Source: Malacoraja senta
Taxonomy: Eukaryota
Length of the DNA: 64,000 bases
Reading direction: 5' to 3'
Assembly (NCBI GenBank): GCA_038087875.1
Contig: CM075989.1
Span: 15,626,001 to 15,690,000 of the forward strand
Made by a program: the position numbers and the translations under genes. The notes under the pieces are model-generated. The model was not told where the DNA came from, ran no database searches, and saw nothing but the letters and a program-made list of their open reading frames with translations. Every line of letters starts with the position of its first letter. Positions within the stretch are counted from its first letter, which is position 1. This document shows positions 1 through 12,600 of this stretch, piece by piece.

Positions 1-111
1 AATATTGAAACATAATGCGTCACTTGTATATAATAGTCCGAGGCTGCTTTATGGGAAAAGTGGTTGCTATTTCCATGTTTCATTCCACTTCAACCTGATT
101 TATGTTTGCAG

Positions 112-201
112 GATAAACTGGCAGATTTGGAGATGGAGTTTGATGAGGAGAGAAATAATTCAGACCTTCTGACAGAACGCATGAATAGAGACCGAGAGCA
201 G
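112..201 (+). CDS. cgnl1: CGNL1 internal coding exon (DKLADLEMEFDEERNNSDLLTERMNRDREQ)
   Basis: AG acceptor 110-111, GT donor 202-203, 90 bp, phase 0/0. Peptide closely resembles the recalled human CGNL1 coiled coil (DKVSQLEMELEEERNNSDLLSERISRSREQ). Confidence 0.93.
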
Positions 202-2557
202 GTAACTAAGCCAGTTGAGATAATAGATTGAACGTGTTGCAATTGATTAGCGATGGAAATGGCTGTCTTGTCTATGGTATAAGAATCTGCCTCATAAAGC
301 TGCCGCTAAAAGGGCAGACAATATAAATAAGTTGACAAAGTAACTGATAAGATTCCAGGCATTAATATCGTCTAAGTCAGTATTGATTTTCCTCCCCCTG
401 TGAACAACATGGAACAACCGGCTGTTGTATTATTCAGGTGCATTGTGTTTGGAATAATGTGTTGACGTGACCATAAAAATACATTGGTTGGGTTGGCTGA
501 TATATTCCACACCAGGCGATGACAATGGGTAAGTTGTTCAATAAATATTTCTTGACTAACGTGCTGTAAAGTTGCAGATCTGCAGCTGATTGCCTCACTC
601 GTAAATATACACGTCAACACATACAATGTCTGATAAGTTTGCTTATTGATTTTGTGAACTGCCACAAGATTCATTAGCTCTATTCCTCTCCAAAAAAAAC
701 GTGTGGAAAAAATTGAAAGGTGCCCATTAAAACATTCCTGTGAATCCAGAGGTTTCTTGGCAATTCAGTTGGATCGTCTTGACCCATTCCCTACGACCAG
801 CTTCCTGCCTTGCTCCACAGCCCTCAATAGCAGAGTGGCAGCTTTAAGACGAATTATTATGCTGCAATATGAGAAGATAAAATGTGCTCTATTCTCAGCT
901 TGCTCATTGTGTGTGATACCATTGTGGCACGCAGCATAATTGGGGGGTACAGTACAGGTCGCAGTCACCTTGAACTTTACTTTTATTTGCAGCAAAGTAA
1001 AATAGTTTGAACTGCAAAGTGAAATTGCTCAGATTTAGATTCAATAGCCATTAAATGATATGTTGAATCATATATCACTTTCGCCTTTACCAAGCTAACT
1101 TGGTTTGAGTTTTAAGTCCTTCGATAATAATAGGTTATATGTGTGCTTAAATAAAGATGGTGCAACCAGTATGAATGGTGAAGGCAATAATTGTCATTAA
1201 CACCGTATCGGTTTCAGTTTGGACAGGCTACCAGTGATGTAACATAGTTAAGCGGGGAACACTCAGCTCTGTTACTGATCACCAGCGATCTCCATTTTCA
1301 CCAAATACTCTTGTGTGTAAAGTTTCAACACACTAGGTCTTACAGCCAAAAGTTCTATCCATATCCACCCATCTAATCTGGTTTAAGACTGAATCAATGC
1401 TTAGCCCACAACATTAAAGGATTATTGTTCCTGCATAATATTGTTTTGAAATATTATATTTCAAAGGGAAAACAATTTCTTCATTCGTATGGAATGATCA
1501 AGCAGGCTGGGACGTTTAATATATCTAAACAGTGAAGCCAGCATCTCTCCAGCTGATTTCATGCCTCATTTAAGAGCTGCTTATTTCCCTTGATTAGTTG
1601 CCAAATCATAGACTAAACCATTCACGAGCTACAGAATTTTACATAGTGTTTCTGTCATTTGATCTTCTGGCATGTAATTAAAGGAGTCCTTTTAACCTCC
1701 AGCGCAAATAGGTTTTGAATCGGGGGATTATGGAAAGGGGTTTTATTCCTCCTGACTTTGCATGTTGAGAGATTTGAATTTCTTGCTCCATAAAATTAAT
1801 CCCTTTAAAATTGGATTGTACTTAATTTCCATTAGTTCGTAAAATGAAGATTATGTTGCATCTTGGCTTGTGTGGAGATTCTTATTTGACTTGCCTTTGA
1901 CTTGACGTGTTTTTTCCTGATATGTACGTCTGTTCAAAGCAACTACTTGTTCATTTTTGATATTCATAATCTGGTTGCATATTGAATGATATAATTAGAA
2001 GGTTCAACATTTCCTTGTTATGCCAATGTTTTTTGCTTTTTAATGCACCGAGTGGGTGTGCATGATTTATTTTTGACTGGAAAACATCTCGGTAAATTGT
2101 TTGAAAATGGAAGTTTTGTCTTCATTGGAAAGTAGAAGTGAGTTCAAGGTTGGCAATGTGTTTTGATATGCAAATGTGTTAATGAAAGGGTTTGATAATG
2201 AAAGGGTTTGATGTTCCACTAGTACTCACTTAGCGATTTTTACCTTCAGCATATTACCCAGCAGTCAGAACATGTTAAAAACTAGATTAATATAATGCAT
2301 GGAATTTATCAGGGATGGTATGACATTATAAATGTCATAACTCTTTAGGCCAAAGAGTTTTATGTACCACATAAGCTTCATCTCACTTTTCAGAAATGCA
2401 CCATGCAAGTGATAGCAAAACTTGCATTCTGCATTGTCAAAGATATAAGCTTATAATAAATGAGTTGTTAATTAGACCCCTACATACAGTACCTACTGAT
2501 GTAAATGCAAATTAACCTATTGCATTATTCAGTGAATTGTGTAGTTTTCCACCAAAA

Positions 2558-2718
2558 TCAGATTAAAAGTGGTCATTATGTTTTCACTGTTTGTGGCATT
2601 CTTCGTTGCACACGCAATAACAGCTATTATATGGCAAATGGAATTAGTTGGCTAAAAACACTCGGGCCACTGTGAGGTTCAAAAAAGATGTTTTGTAAAT
2701 GCATAGTTTTTCTTATTT
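2558..2718 (+). mobile_element. Highly decayed Deu-domain SINE (SacSINE1/AmnSINE1-like) 3' relic
   Basis: CAGATT..GGTCATTAT..CTGTTTGTGG...TTGGCT..AA...GTGAGGT...TAAATGCA..TTTTCTT resembles the recalled DeuSINE tail. A similar - strand relic lies at about 59990-60135. Confidence 0.4.
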
Positions 2719-3620
2719 TGGATCGTAGATTAGTTTCTGTAAGCAGCTTAATCCGTTTTATAAATAACTTTATTAGAGAATAAATGTGTTTGACAGTTCG
2801 GTGTGTTAATGTAGCGTTTTGTGTAACTGACAGCGACCATCACTAAAATGATGGGAGTTGAACATATTCAGCTGAATCTTGGACATCTAGAATCTTGGAC
2901 ATCCTCTTGGACTCATCGAGCTCATGGTCATGACATGAGAAGCATGAGATAGGACACGGGCTCAGGCTTAGCATCTTTGCTGGAGCTTGTCAAAGTAAAT
3001 ATGGTGAGCCTCAGTCAGAACTCATCCCATGCTCTGTCTGTTTAAGAAAGACTTTGATTTATCCAGCACATTTCACAGCCGTCACAGTTCTTTGTAACCA
3101 ACAGCATGCTTTCCTGTTGTCTGATCACTTTTATAAGGAACATGGCAGATTAATTCCATAGCAGAGTCCCACAAAGGGAGTTCAGGGTTCTGGTGGTATT
3201 GACACAAACTATAGGAATTTGCCATTGTCACCCTGTGAAGAGGCAGAGACTTTGGGACTTTTGCGCAAGACTGGTACATCTTCTATGGAGATCCCATACA
3301 TCCTCAAAGGCATCCATCTCCAATGATGTTAATGAAAATCACTTGAGCTGATTTGTATTTAGAGTAATCCTCTATGACATACCCTGAAAATGTTTTCTGA
3401 AGTCTCACTAGATCTTCATGGACAACTTTCATTAAGGTCAACAGCTAGTGCCACTGATGGGAAGTTTTGGAGTGATCTATTCAGGGTGGATATTATCTAG
3501 TGTAAGAGCAGGTAAACTGTGTCGCATTACCGTAAGAAAAGCCACATGGTTGGCAACCGACACCACACTAGAATGTTGGGTTGACAGAGCCATTATCAGT
3601 TGTGAGTGTGAAGTAAGTAC

Positions 3621-3911
3621 TTTAGAGATAGAGTGTGGAAATAGGCCCTTCGACCCACTGAGTCGGCGCCGACGAGTGATCATCCCGTAAACTAGCACTA
3701 TCCTACGCACTCGTGACAATTTACAATTTTACCAAAGCCAATTACCCTACAAACCTACAGGTATACATCTCTGGAGTGTGGAAGGAAACTGGAGAAAACC
3801 CACGCGGTCACAGGGAGAACGTAACAAACTCCATAGAGACAGCATCCAGAGTCAGAATTGAACATAGGTCTCTGGCGCTGTAAGACTGAAACTCTACCAC
3901 TGTGCTGCCCC
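3621..3911 (-). mobile_element. HE1/V-SINE-like tRNA-derived SINE
   Basis: tRNA-like head on the - strand (GGGGCAGCACAGTGGTAGAG...GTTCAATTC), central GGTTTTCTCC...TTCCACACTCCA domain, tail shared with CR1. Confidence 0.8.
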
Positions 3912-6900
3912 TCGACTTTGTCAATGTGACTATTATTTCTGTATGTGTCCTGAGGGTTAGTGTAGAAGGCAGAGAAGAAGAAAGCGCAGTGCTGACAGTA
4001 CAGTATCAACAACTGAACCTTCCTGCTGGTTGGGAAAATGAGCTGATGAACATGTCAACTATGACCCTTCAAACCTTCCAGAATGCGACCTACATTCTTA
4101 CCAGAGATTCATAGACATTCACTCCAACCATTATGGAGCACTGCTGAAACCTCTTAGCTGAAGGAAGTGATGGGAGATGAGCGTGTATTTTTATCAAATG
4201 ATTGTTGTTTTAGCTGATACATTGATTGTTTAATCTAAGGGCTCTCTCCCAAGAAAATCTTTAGTTATCATTGGCAAAAGGAAGTTTTTGAACCAGCCTT
4301 TGTAGTTCATATAAATATGATTATTTACCCAAATCATATTTAGAACATGTATAACAGTAATGGTTGCCATATTACACTGAATGTATTCCACTTTATTTTT
4401 CAAGAGAAAAATATATTTTGTCTCAGTTTAGCTTATTGTCATGCGGTACGGTGAAAAGCTTTTGGTGCATGCTAACCATTCAGCAGAAAGACAATACATG
4501 ATTACAATCAAGCCATTCACAGTGTACAGGTACATGATAAAGGAAATAACGTTTAGTGCAAGATAAAGCCAGTAAAGTCTGACCAAATTGGACTTTTGGG
4601 TAAATTGGGCTTTATGCCACAGTCTTCAGATGGGAATAATCAACAAATGTTCCAGCATTTGAATAGTTTAGTTACTTCAGCTGTTGTGTGGGTGCTGGAT
4701 AAAGTAAGATTCTGTTGTGATAACCTTGAACTCCACCAATTGCCAAATTGGTTTTGAAGCTTTGAACAGTCAGGGTTCAGGCATTGAAGAGTTGCCGATG
4801 CCTGGGTTTTCTCCAAAAACACTTGGATTTATTTAAAAGTTGTCCAACCAATAGTTGCAGTTGCAAATAAGTATGCTTTGAAGATCTTTGCATTTGTGAA
4901 ATTACAGTTTGCAAGATAAATAGAGTGAAGGATAAATGGAATAATTTTGAGAGCTGCAAAATTGTAATCTACAATTCCTGGCACACAGTTGCTGGTAAAT
5001 TGATGACCTCTATGTTGGAAAGGATCAAGTTCCCTAGTTTTTTTGACCCAATATAATCATGGTGCTTTTTTAATTGGTGAGACTGAGTTCTAATGGTTAA
5101 AAGTATAATCAAAAGAATATTATTGGTACAAGATTATAAAGTATACAGATGCACAAAATATACGGTACCATGCTGACTTGGAAACCTCTCACCATTCCAT
5201 TGTCACTGGAGTTAAATCTCGGAGTTCCGAGCCTGGGAGCAGAGAGGGAGCACCCTAACTGCACAGTCTGTGGCTGTTCAAGAAAGTGATTCCCCACTAC
5301 AGCACCTAGACCGGCTGATAAATACTGGCCTTGGTAACAACTCCCACATCTCAGAAATGTAAAGAGACAAACGAATTAGCACTGAATGGTTTAATGCTAA
5401 ATCCATAGACCTGTCAAGAACACATCAAGATTAATATCATATAAAAAAATATATTGATAAAATGTTCTTTCATTTCCGTGATTCAGTTTGAAGTGCTTCA
5501 GTGAATTACTATTGAAGAGTGTTTGCTGTTATTTTGGAGGCAGAATCAGGACTCAAGCTGCACATGAGGTCACAAAAACACTAAAATTCTCCACAACATT
5601 AAATGATGATCTAGAATGCATGACAGATGTTTTTCTGGTTTCCTGACTCCATGCCATTTTGTTAAGTAGGATTTATTTCCTTTTAAAGTTTGCCCAAGTG
5701 ATGTTTTCAGCCAGATGTGTCTGAGCTTCATATCTAGTGAAGCAAAGCTTGTAGAAAAATGCTTTTGGTGAGGATGAAGTCACCGGTGAATGTGGTTATT
5801 CAGTCCAGTTCACAGCACAGTAGTCCCATTACCAATAAAATGGTGTAGTTTTCATTTTAAGTCACGGATGCTGAGAAAGTCTTTCTCCCTCAGCAGGGCT
5901 ACATACTATGCACCACAGCTCCTGTCGCTCTTTCTCCAATTCATAGCATTCCCCTGCTGTGTTGTTACCTTCCCCTTCCCACCATATTCCAGTCACTGCC
6001 ACTGAGTTCTAATCTCAAAGATAGCCCCTTTCCAATTTCGAGAGCTGGGGGGGAGGGGGGGGGGGATCCTTCGGTCTCCTCCCCTCCCCCCCCAAACAGC
6101 ATCTTGTAACCAACCCAGTGTTGCGCAGTACAAGGGAGATCCTCCACTGCACTCCTGTGTTCTTGTTGCTGTGTGGAGGCAGGGGTGTTACCACAGCAAT
6201 GGTAGAACAGAGGGAAGATGAGCATGTCCTGCTCCTGCCCACTGCTGGGTCCCCACCTGGTAACTGTGCACCTGCTACACAGACACCAGGTGTTGGAGGC
6301 AGCTCAGTGCGAGGGTGGAAATGAAGCCCCCTTCATCTGGATACGAAACAAACCAGGCAAAGCTAATAATGTTTAAACTTGTTCCGTTGTGATGGTTTGG
6401 GTCCCTGCAGCATTTATTGGCACTGATTATATGGAGTCAGAGCAGAATAAATACAGTAAACGCAAAGGAGAGCTAATCACTTTATGCAAGAAAGGAAGTA
6501 AATTCTGGCATTCAAATCTTAACAGTTGACCTGACCTTCAAAGTGTGGAATGCATTCTGTTCTTGCTACATGAAGTGGTTCCAATCCACGCTGCCTAATG
6601 CTTTCATCTGTAGTTTGTTTTCTTTATATTTTGAATTTAAAAGAATAAGAGCGTACACATGGCGTGTAGTTTTTATCAAATGTTTCAATTTTGGATAAAT
6701 GTGCCCCTTGGGTGCTTGGGTTGTTGAAAAAAATACAAGGTGCCGGATGACTCTGGATGACATGATAGCTGCCAATTCAGGTCAGGACCCTACTCCCAAC
6801 TGAAGGATTATGACCCTACACGTTGCCTATCCATGTCCTTAAGAAATGTTGCCTGACCTGCTGAGTTACTCCAGCTACTTGCGTTTGTTTTTGTAAACCA

Positions 6901-8777
6901 CCATCTACCATTCCTTGTGTCTTGGATTGCTGAATTGTTAATAATTGATTATTATTCTGGTGTAGCATGTTGATTCTGGTGTAGCATGATGTGATTTGAG
7001 TACTAAATATTTACCTCAGTGGTACGAATGATTTATGTTTTAAGCTGTACTATAACAAGAAATGGCTTACGATGGAAGCTCTTTTAAAGTTGTAATTGAG
7101 CTGGATTGCTGAGAAATTCAATGATATCATAGCTCCACCGTTGCACAGCTGCAAATTAATTTTGGATGAGACACGATTGTGAAATTTTCCACTTGCTTTG
7201 TGTTGCTCTGGAAATTCAACCAGTGGTCAGTCAGTCACCCTCGCAATGCTGGTGACGGGAGGATATCATTCTACACACATCTCCCTTTGGAGCTTTGCTG
7301 AGGAGTGTAGTCTATGCTGCCTGGGATTGCCTGTTAGTGGGCACTCTGGACCATGTCATGCAGGCAAGGTCATCCTTGGTCATATCTCCACTACACCTTC
7401 CCCTCACCTGCTCAGATTTCCATTCTTCCCTGGCCTCTCACCCCATCCCTGGACTGCACTGCACCACGCTTCCCAAACTTTCCCCTCTTACCATTCCTCC
7501 CTACACCGCCCTGGCTGGTTTCTCAGCCATCTTGTGTAGAAAGGAACATGCTGGCACATATCGAAGAAAGACACTAAGTACTGGAGTAACTAACTGCACA
7601 TGCTGGTATATTCAGTTACGCTAGCATGTTGTATCTTACCTTCTCAGCTATCATTTCCCCCACTGCCAAAGACTAGTCCAGAGGGCTATCCACTCAGACA
7701 AGAGAACAGATCAGATCAGACTTGTAGCCACTTGTCTACTGATTCCAGCTGTGGACAGCAACATTGGATGACACATCTTCGAATGTGGACATCATCTGTG
7801 AATGTCCATCTCATCAATCAGTTCCACCCAATGCTCAGCTGCTGGTGAGGCTCACAGTAGGTAGCAGTGACTGAATTCTGGGCACTAGGCATTGATTAAA
7901 ACTTCACATGTCACTTCAAAAACAAGGAACAAAATAACACGTTCAGAGGTCACATTGTGAATGGAGCCTGGTAGATCCAATCCCAGGGATATTTCAATGA
8001 TGCTCATCCATGTTACACTATTCCTCCAACTAACTTGTGAGTGTTTAACTCGTTGTGGGTACCTTAAACTAGTTCATGGATGAACTACAAACGTGCCAAC
8101 GTACACGAACTGTTCTTGAAATGCGCCTGTTTCTCGTCAGCTATGGAAAGGCAGCTGAGTAGCACTGAGGTGTACTGTCTGACCCACAGGTCTGGGCTCT
8201 GTTTTTGCCCCTTCATTTCTCAGCTTTGAGGAGCTGCCTTAACATTGAGCCATTTAAAAAAAATCATTTTACAGTGTGCATCAATGAAAAAATGCATTGG
8301 TATTCTTCACATTTTGCTCCATGGCAGCAGTAGCTGGAGGGTCACAGTCATGGGTCTAAACCTAAACAATGCTTGGCCCATGACTTTTCAGACTGTTAAA
8401 AATATAAACTGCAATGAAATGGAGTTAATTTTTCCCCTCCATGCTAGTTTAATTGGCCTTCCCACAGTGAGAAGTGTTTGAGCGTTTTATTTTAGTTCAA
8501 ATAAAATCACTTTACTACTTTTCTGATGAAATCCAGCCTGGCTTTTCAAATGAACTGCTATGTGTTGGTGTGAATCTTCATAATGCGTTAATGCTCATTG
8601 TCTTGCACTCTAGGCTTCAGTGCACGTTGCATATTGTATATCCCAACTTGTTTACATTGTTGTAGTGTCTTTTGGTTTGACCTGAACACTCGAGCTGTTC
8701 TGCAACATCCAGCTTACTTTGTACAGTTGTTGGTAAAGCAGAAAATGCTCAGCAGGTCGGACAGTTTAGCACAACTA

Positions 8778-9005
8778 TGTGTGCAGGTTTGATCTCTTAA
8801 TTTGAGGAAGGACATCCTTACTATTGAGGCAGTGCAGCGTAGGTTCACAAGGGTTAATCCCTGGGATGGCGGGACTGTCATATGAGGAAAGATTGGAAAG
8901 ACTGGGCTTGCATTCACTGGAATTTAGAAGGATGAGAGGGAATCTTATAGAAACGTATAACATTATAAAAGGACTGGACAAGCTGGATGCAGGAAAAATG
9001 TTCCT
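8778..9005 (+). mobile_element. CR1-clade LINE 3' fragment
   Basis: Encodes LIPGMAGLSYEERLERLGLHSLEFRRMRGNLIETYNIIKGLD, a typical CR1 ORF2 C-terminus. Confidence 0.85.
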
Positions 9006-10760
9006 TCCGTTAACAAACGGCAGGGAAAGTGGAAAATGACAGGCAGGTGGAGAGAACGGGGAGTGATTTGGGGGGGGGGGAGGGGAGATGGTCTTTTACC
9101 TGTGATAGGGGAAAAGACAGGTGAGTGACTAACCAAAGTGGTGGTGAATCTGGGTGGATGGACACTGGTGAACAACTATATATATTGTGATGTAGTTGAG
9201 GATTAAAGTGGAGTCTGGTTCATCTTAATTGGTGAAGGGGGGGGGGGGGGGCAGGGGTTTATGGCTGGAAACCACAGCACAAATGGATCTGATTCACACT
9301 CTGGACTCCAAAAAGTCCTGATTACTTGCGGTACATTTCTTGATCTATCAAAGATGATAATTTGTTCCAGACGGCAATCAGAAGGAAATTAGTTGCCATA
9401 TTACAGTAAATCATCACAATAACGGATCTCTTTAGAGTGGATTTTGGTTATAGTGGATCAAGGCTCCAGTAGGACCCCCCTCCCTCCCCTCCACCCCTAC
9501 TTCCCCACTTCCGCCAGGTATCCAACGACCTGGCACCAGGTGACGTGCTACTGGTTGCGGGAGTGGAGAGAGCCAGTAGCATGAGGGCAGAGTGATCACC
9601 AGACCTGTCTCTGGGACACTGCGTGTGGGGCCGGGAGCTCTGTGGCAGCTTGGCCTGTGAATTCCCACTCACCTAACCCTCCCCCAACACCGTGTTTCTT
9701 CCCTCCCTTTACCCCCCTCATTCGGTTACAGTGGACAATCGGCAATAACGGACGCCATCCTCTTCCCCTACCCAGTGGCCCGTTATTACGAGGGTTTACT
9801 CTATTAATAAAATTAACTATTCCACTAAATATTACAAAGTAAAGGGTGAAATTCAACACAATGAAAAGCAATTCGGCAGTGTGTAATATTAAAGCAAGAA
9901 AACATAGCATCAACTTGCAGATAACCACTTTGATTTGAACTAAATTTGTGAGTCAAGAGTTATTTTAAATGCAGTTAAATTATAATTAAAGTTAAAAAAT
10001 GTGTTTGAATAATTAGTCCATGGTTAGAGATCCTTGGAACAATTACAGCCTGCCCACATTGTGCTTGCTTTCCAATTGGTCTGAATGTTTAAGACCAACC
10101 CCAACATTAGAGTTCACAAAGTCTTTTAGCATCCGATGTGAGCGACTCAAGGCTGTTGAAAGTGGAAACAAACATGTCTATTCTTTGAATCTTAAATAAA
10201 GTTTGAATGCAGTTTGATATGTTTCATTTGTCTTATCTGCTGATTGCAGATTCGTGAAATTCCATTGAAGCAGTTACAGTGTACTTGATCACTTTGTACA
10301 AAGCAGGAAGGTCACAAGGCAATTCCAGCGAGACAATTCTGGCAAACTCTCAAAGTGCTTACACTGACTGCAAAAAGCCCTTTCCTGTGAACAGAACCAT
10401 GCATAAAAGCCATTGTCATTAATCTTCAAATGTGAAGTACAACAAAAACGGAAGGGACCCGGGAACATTGAGAGAACTCTTTTTATACATTTATAATTCC
10501 AGGCAAGCTTTGTAAAAAGAAATTCCATTCCGGACACAAGTACAATTTTGTATCAACCTCAGGATAAATACAACTGTGTTCATTTGTACCAGATGTTAAT
10601 CCCTTCTAAAATCAACTTCCTGTCCTTTCACTTCCAATATTTTAATTCATACTGATGAATTGTGAATGTTTTACAAGCTGTTTCATATTATCCCTAATAC
10701 TAAACAACATTCTATTAGATTTTCACCCCATCATTCCCATTGACCAATAGTCAAGGTCGA

Positions 10761-10969
10761 AGGTGGACAAAAAATCTTGAGAAACTCAGCGGGTGAGGCA
10801 GCATCTATGAAGCAAAGGTATAGGCGACGTTTCGGGTCGAGACCCTTCAGACGTCTCGCCCCGAAACGTCGCCTATTCCTTCGCTCCATAGATGCTGCCT
10901 CACCCGCTGAGTTTCTCAAGCTTTTTTGTCCACCTTCGATTTTTCCAGCATCTGCAGTTCTTTCTTTAA
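10761..10969. repeat. Fold-back palindromic copy of the Penelope-like repeat with TSD
   Basis: Inverted arms of about 80 bp plus a 3' tail. CAATAGTCAAGGTCGA is duplicated at 10745-10760 and 10970-10985. Confidence 0.85.
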
Positions 10970-11099
10970 CAATAGTCAAGGTCGAGTGTTTCTTCTTCAT
11001 TTGCTTCATTGGTCTGATGGTAATATGAACATTTTATCATGGTGCGTTAATCCTGGAATATATACAGGGTGTTCCTTTAATCAAAGAATCTCAGTCAAC

Positions 11100-12600
11100 A
11101 GGTCCATAGCCTGAAGTAGTTGCTGAAGTAATCCAAGTGCTCGTCTGTATCATACGTATAAATGCTGACAGCTGCCCAGCTTCAACCACTCTTGCAGGCA
11201 GAATGTTCCAGAAACCTCCCACTCTCTGGGTGAAGAAGGTCTCCTTTATGTCCTCTTGTATCTCTTTCCCACTGTACCCTAAATCTGGTCTCATCTATTG
11301 ATGATATGGGGATAACTTTCCTAAGGTCTATCCAGCTATGGCCCATAATTTTATATACTTCAATTATGCCTCGTTACTCCAGGGAGAAAACCCCTAGCTT
11401 CTTCAGACTCTCCTTGTAACTGAACTGTTTCATCCCAGGTAACATTCTGGTGAATCTGTTCTGCATCCTTTCTAGCACCATCAATGCTTCCTGCACCTTG
11501 GTGACCAGATCTGCACAGCTGAGATCTGACCATGGTTTTATAAACAGAGAGTTACCTTGTATTCAGTGCCCTGACTAATGTAAGCCTGTATCCCATATGC
11601 CTGACTAATGAAAGCCCATATCACACATGCCTTACTAACCATAGTATCCACCTGTACCAGCCACCTTCAAAAGTCCAAGGTACCTCTGTTCATCAACATT
11701 CCCTACAACCCTGCCGTTCATGGTGCGTCCCAGCCTCATTAGAGCTCCCAATATACATCGCATCACATTTGTCTGCATTAAACTCCATCTCCCATTTTTC
11801 AGCCCATTTGTGCAGTGCATTGATACAGACCACCTGATACAGACTACCCGCTGTGCTATCAATAACTCCACCAGTCATTGTGTCATCCGCAAAAAGCAAA
11901 CTGACTGAATGTCCGGGCCATTCTTACTGATCACAACATCCATATCCAAGTCATTCATGTATATTAACAGCCAGGGTCCCAGCACTGATATTTGTGGGAC
12001 ACATCATCAAAGACATTCATTTGCAAAAGCACCCTTCTACCATCGCCCTCTAACTCTTATTGTGAAGCCAATTTTGAATTCAGTTTGGTAAGTTGCTAAG
12101 GATCACATTGCCCCTAACCTTTCAACCAGTCTCCTATGTGGGACTGTGTTAGAGGCTTTAATAAAGACCATGTAAATCAGGGACAAGGAAGTACAGATGC
12201 TGGTTAATAAACAAAAGGACACAAAATGCTGGAGTAACTCAGCAGGTCAGGCAACATCTCTGGAGAACATGGATAGGTGACATTTTGGGTCGAGACCCTT
12301 CTTCAGACTGAAAAAATGTCTTGACGCAAAGTGTCACCCATCCCTGTTCTCCCGAGATGCGGCCTGACCAGCTGAGTCACTCCTGTACTTTGAGAGCTTC
12401 CATGTAAATTGCACCTTCTTCAATACACTCTGTTCCCTCTTCAAAAAATTCACTCGATTGGTCAGCCGTGTTCTCCCCTGGTCAAAGCCATCTGATTAGT
12501 CCCTGTCTTTCCGAAGCGACCATTAATCCTGTCTCTCACAATTTATCCAGCATCTTCCCTACCACTGATGTTTGGCACACAGGTCGATAGTTATCAGTTT
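11100..12600 (-). mobile_element. Degraded CR1 LINE, interrupted by a palindromic repeat at 12178-12399
   Basis: - strand remnants LFADDT, WAEKWEMEFNADKC and FFTQRVGGFWNILP. Confidence 0.75.
12178..12399. repeat. Fold-back palindromic copy of the Penelope-like repeat with TSD
   Basis: Arms centred on CTTCAG-A-CTGAA. CCATGTAAAT is duplicated at 12168-12177 and 12400-12409. Confidence 0.8.
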
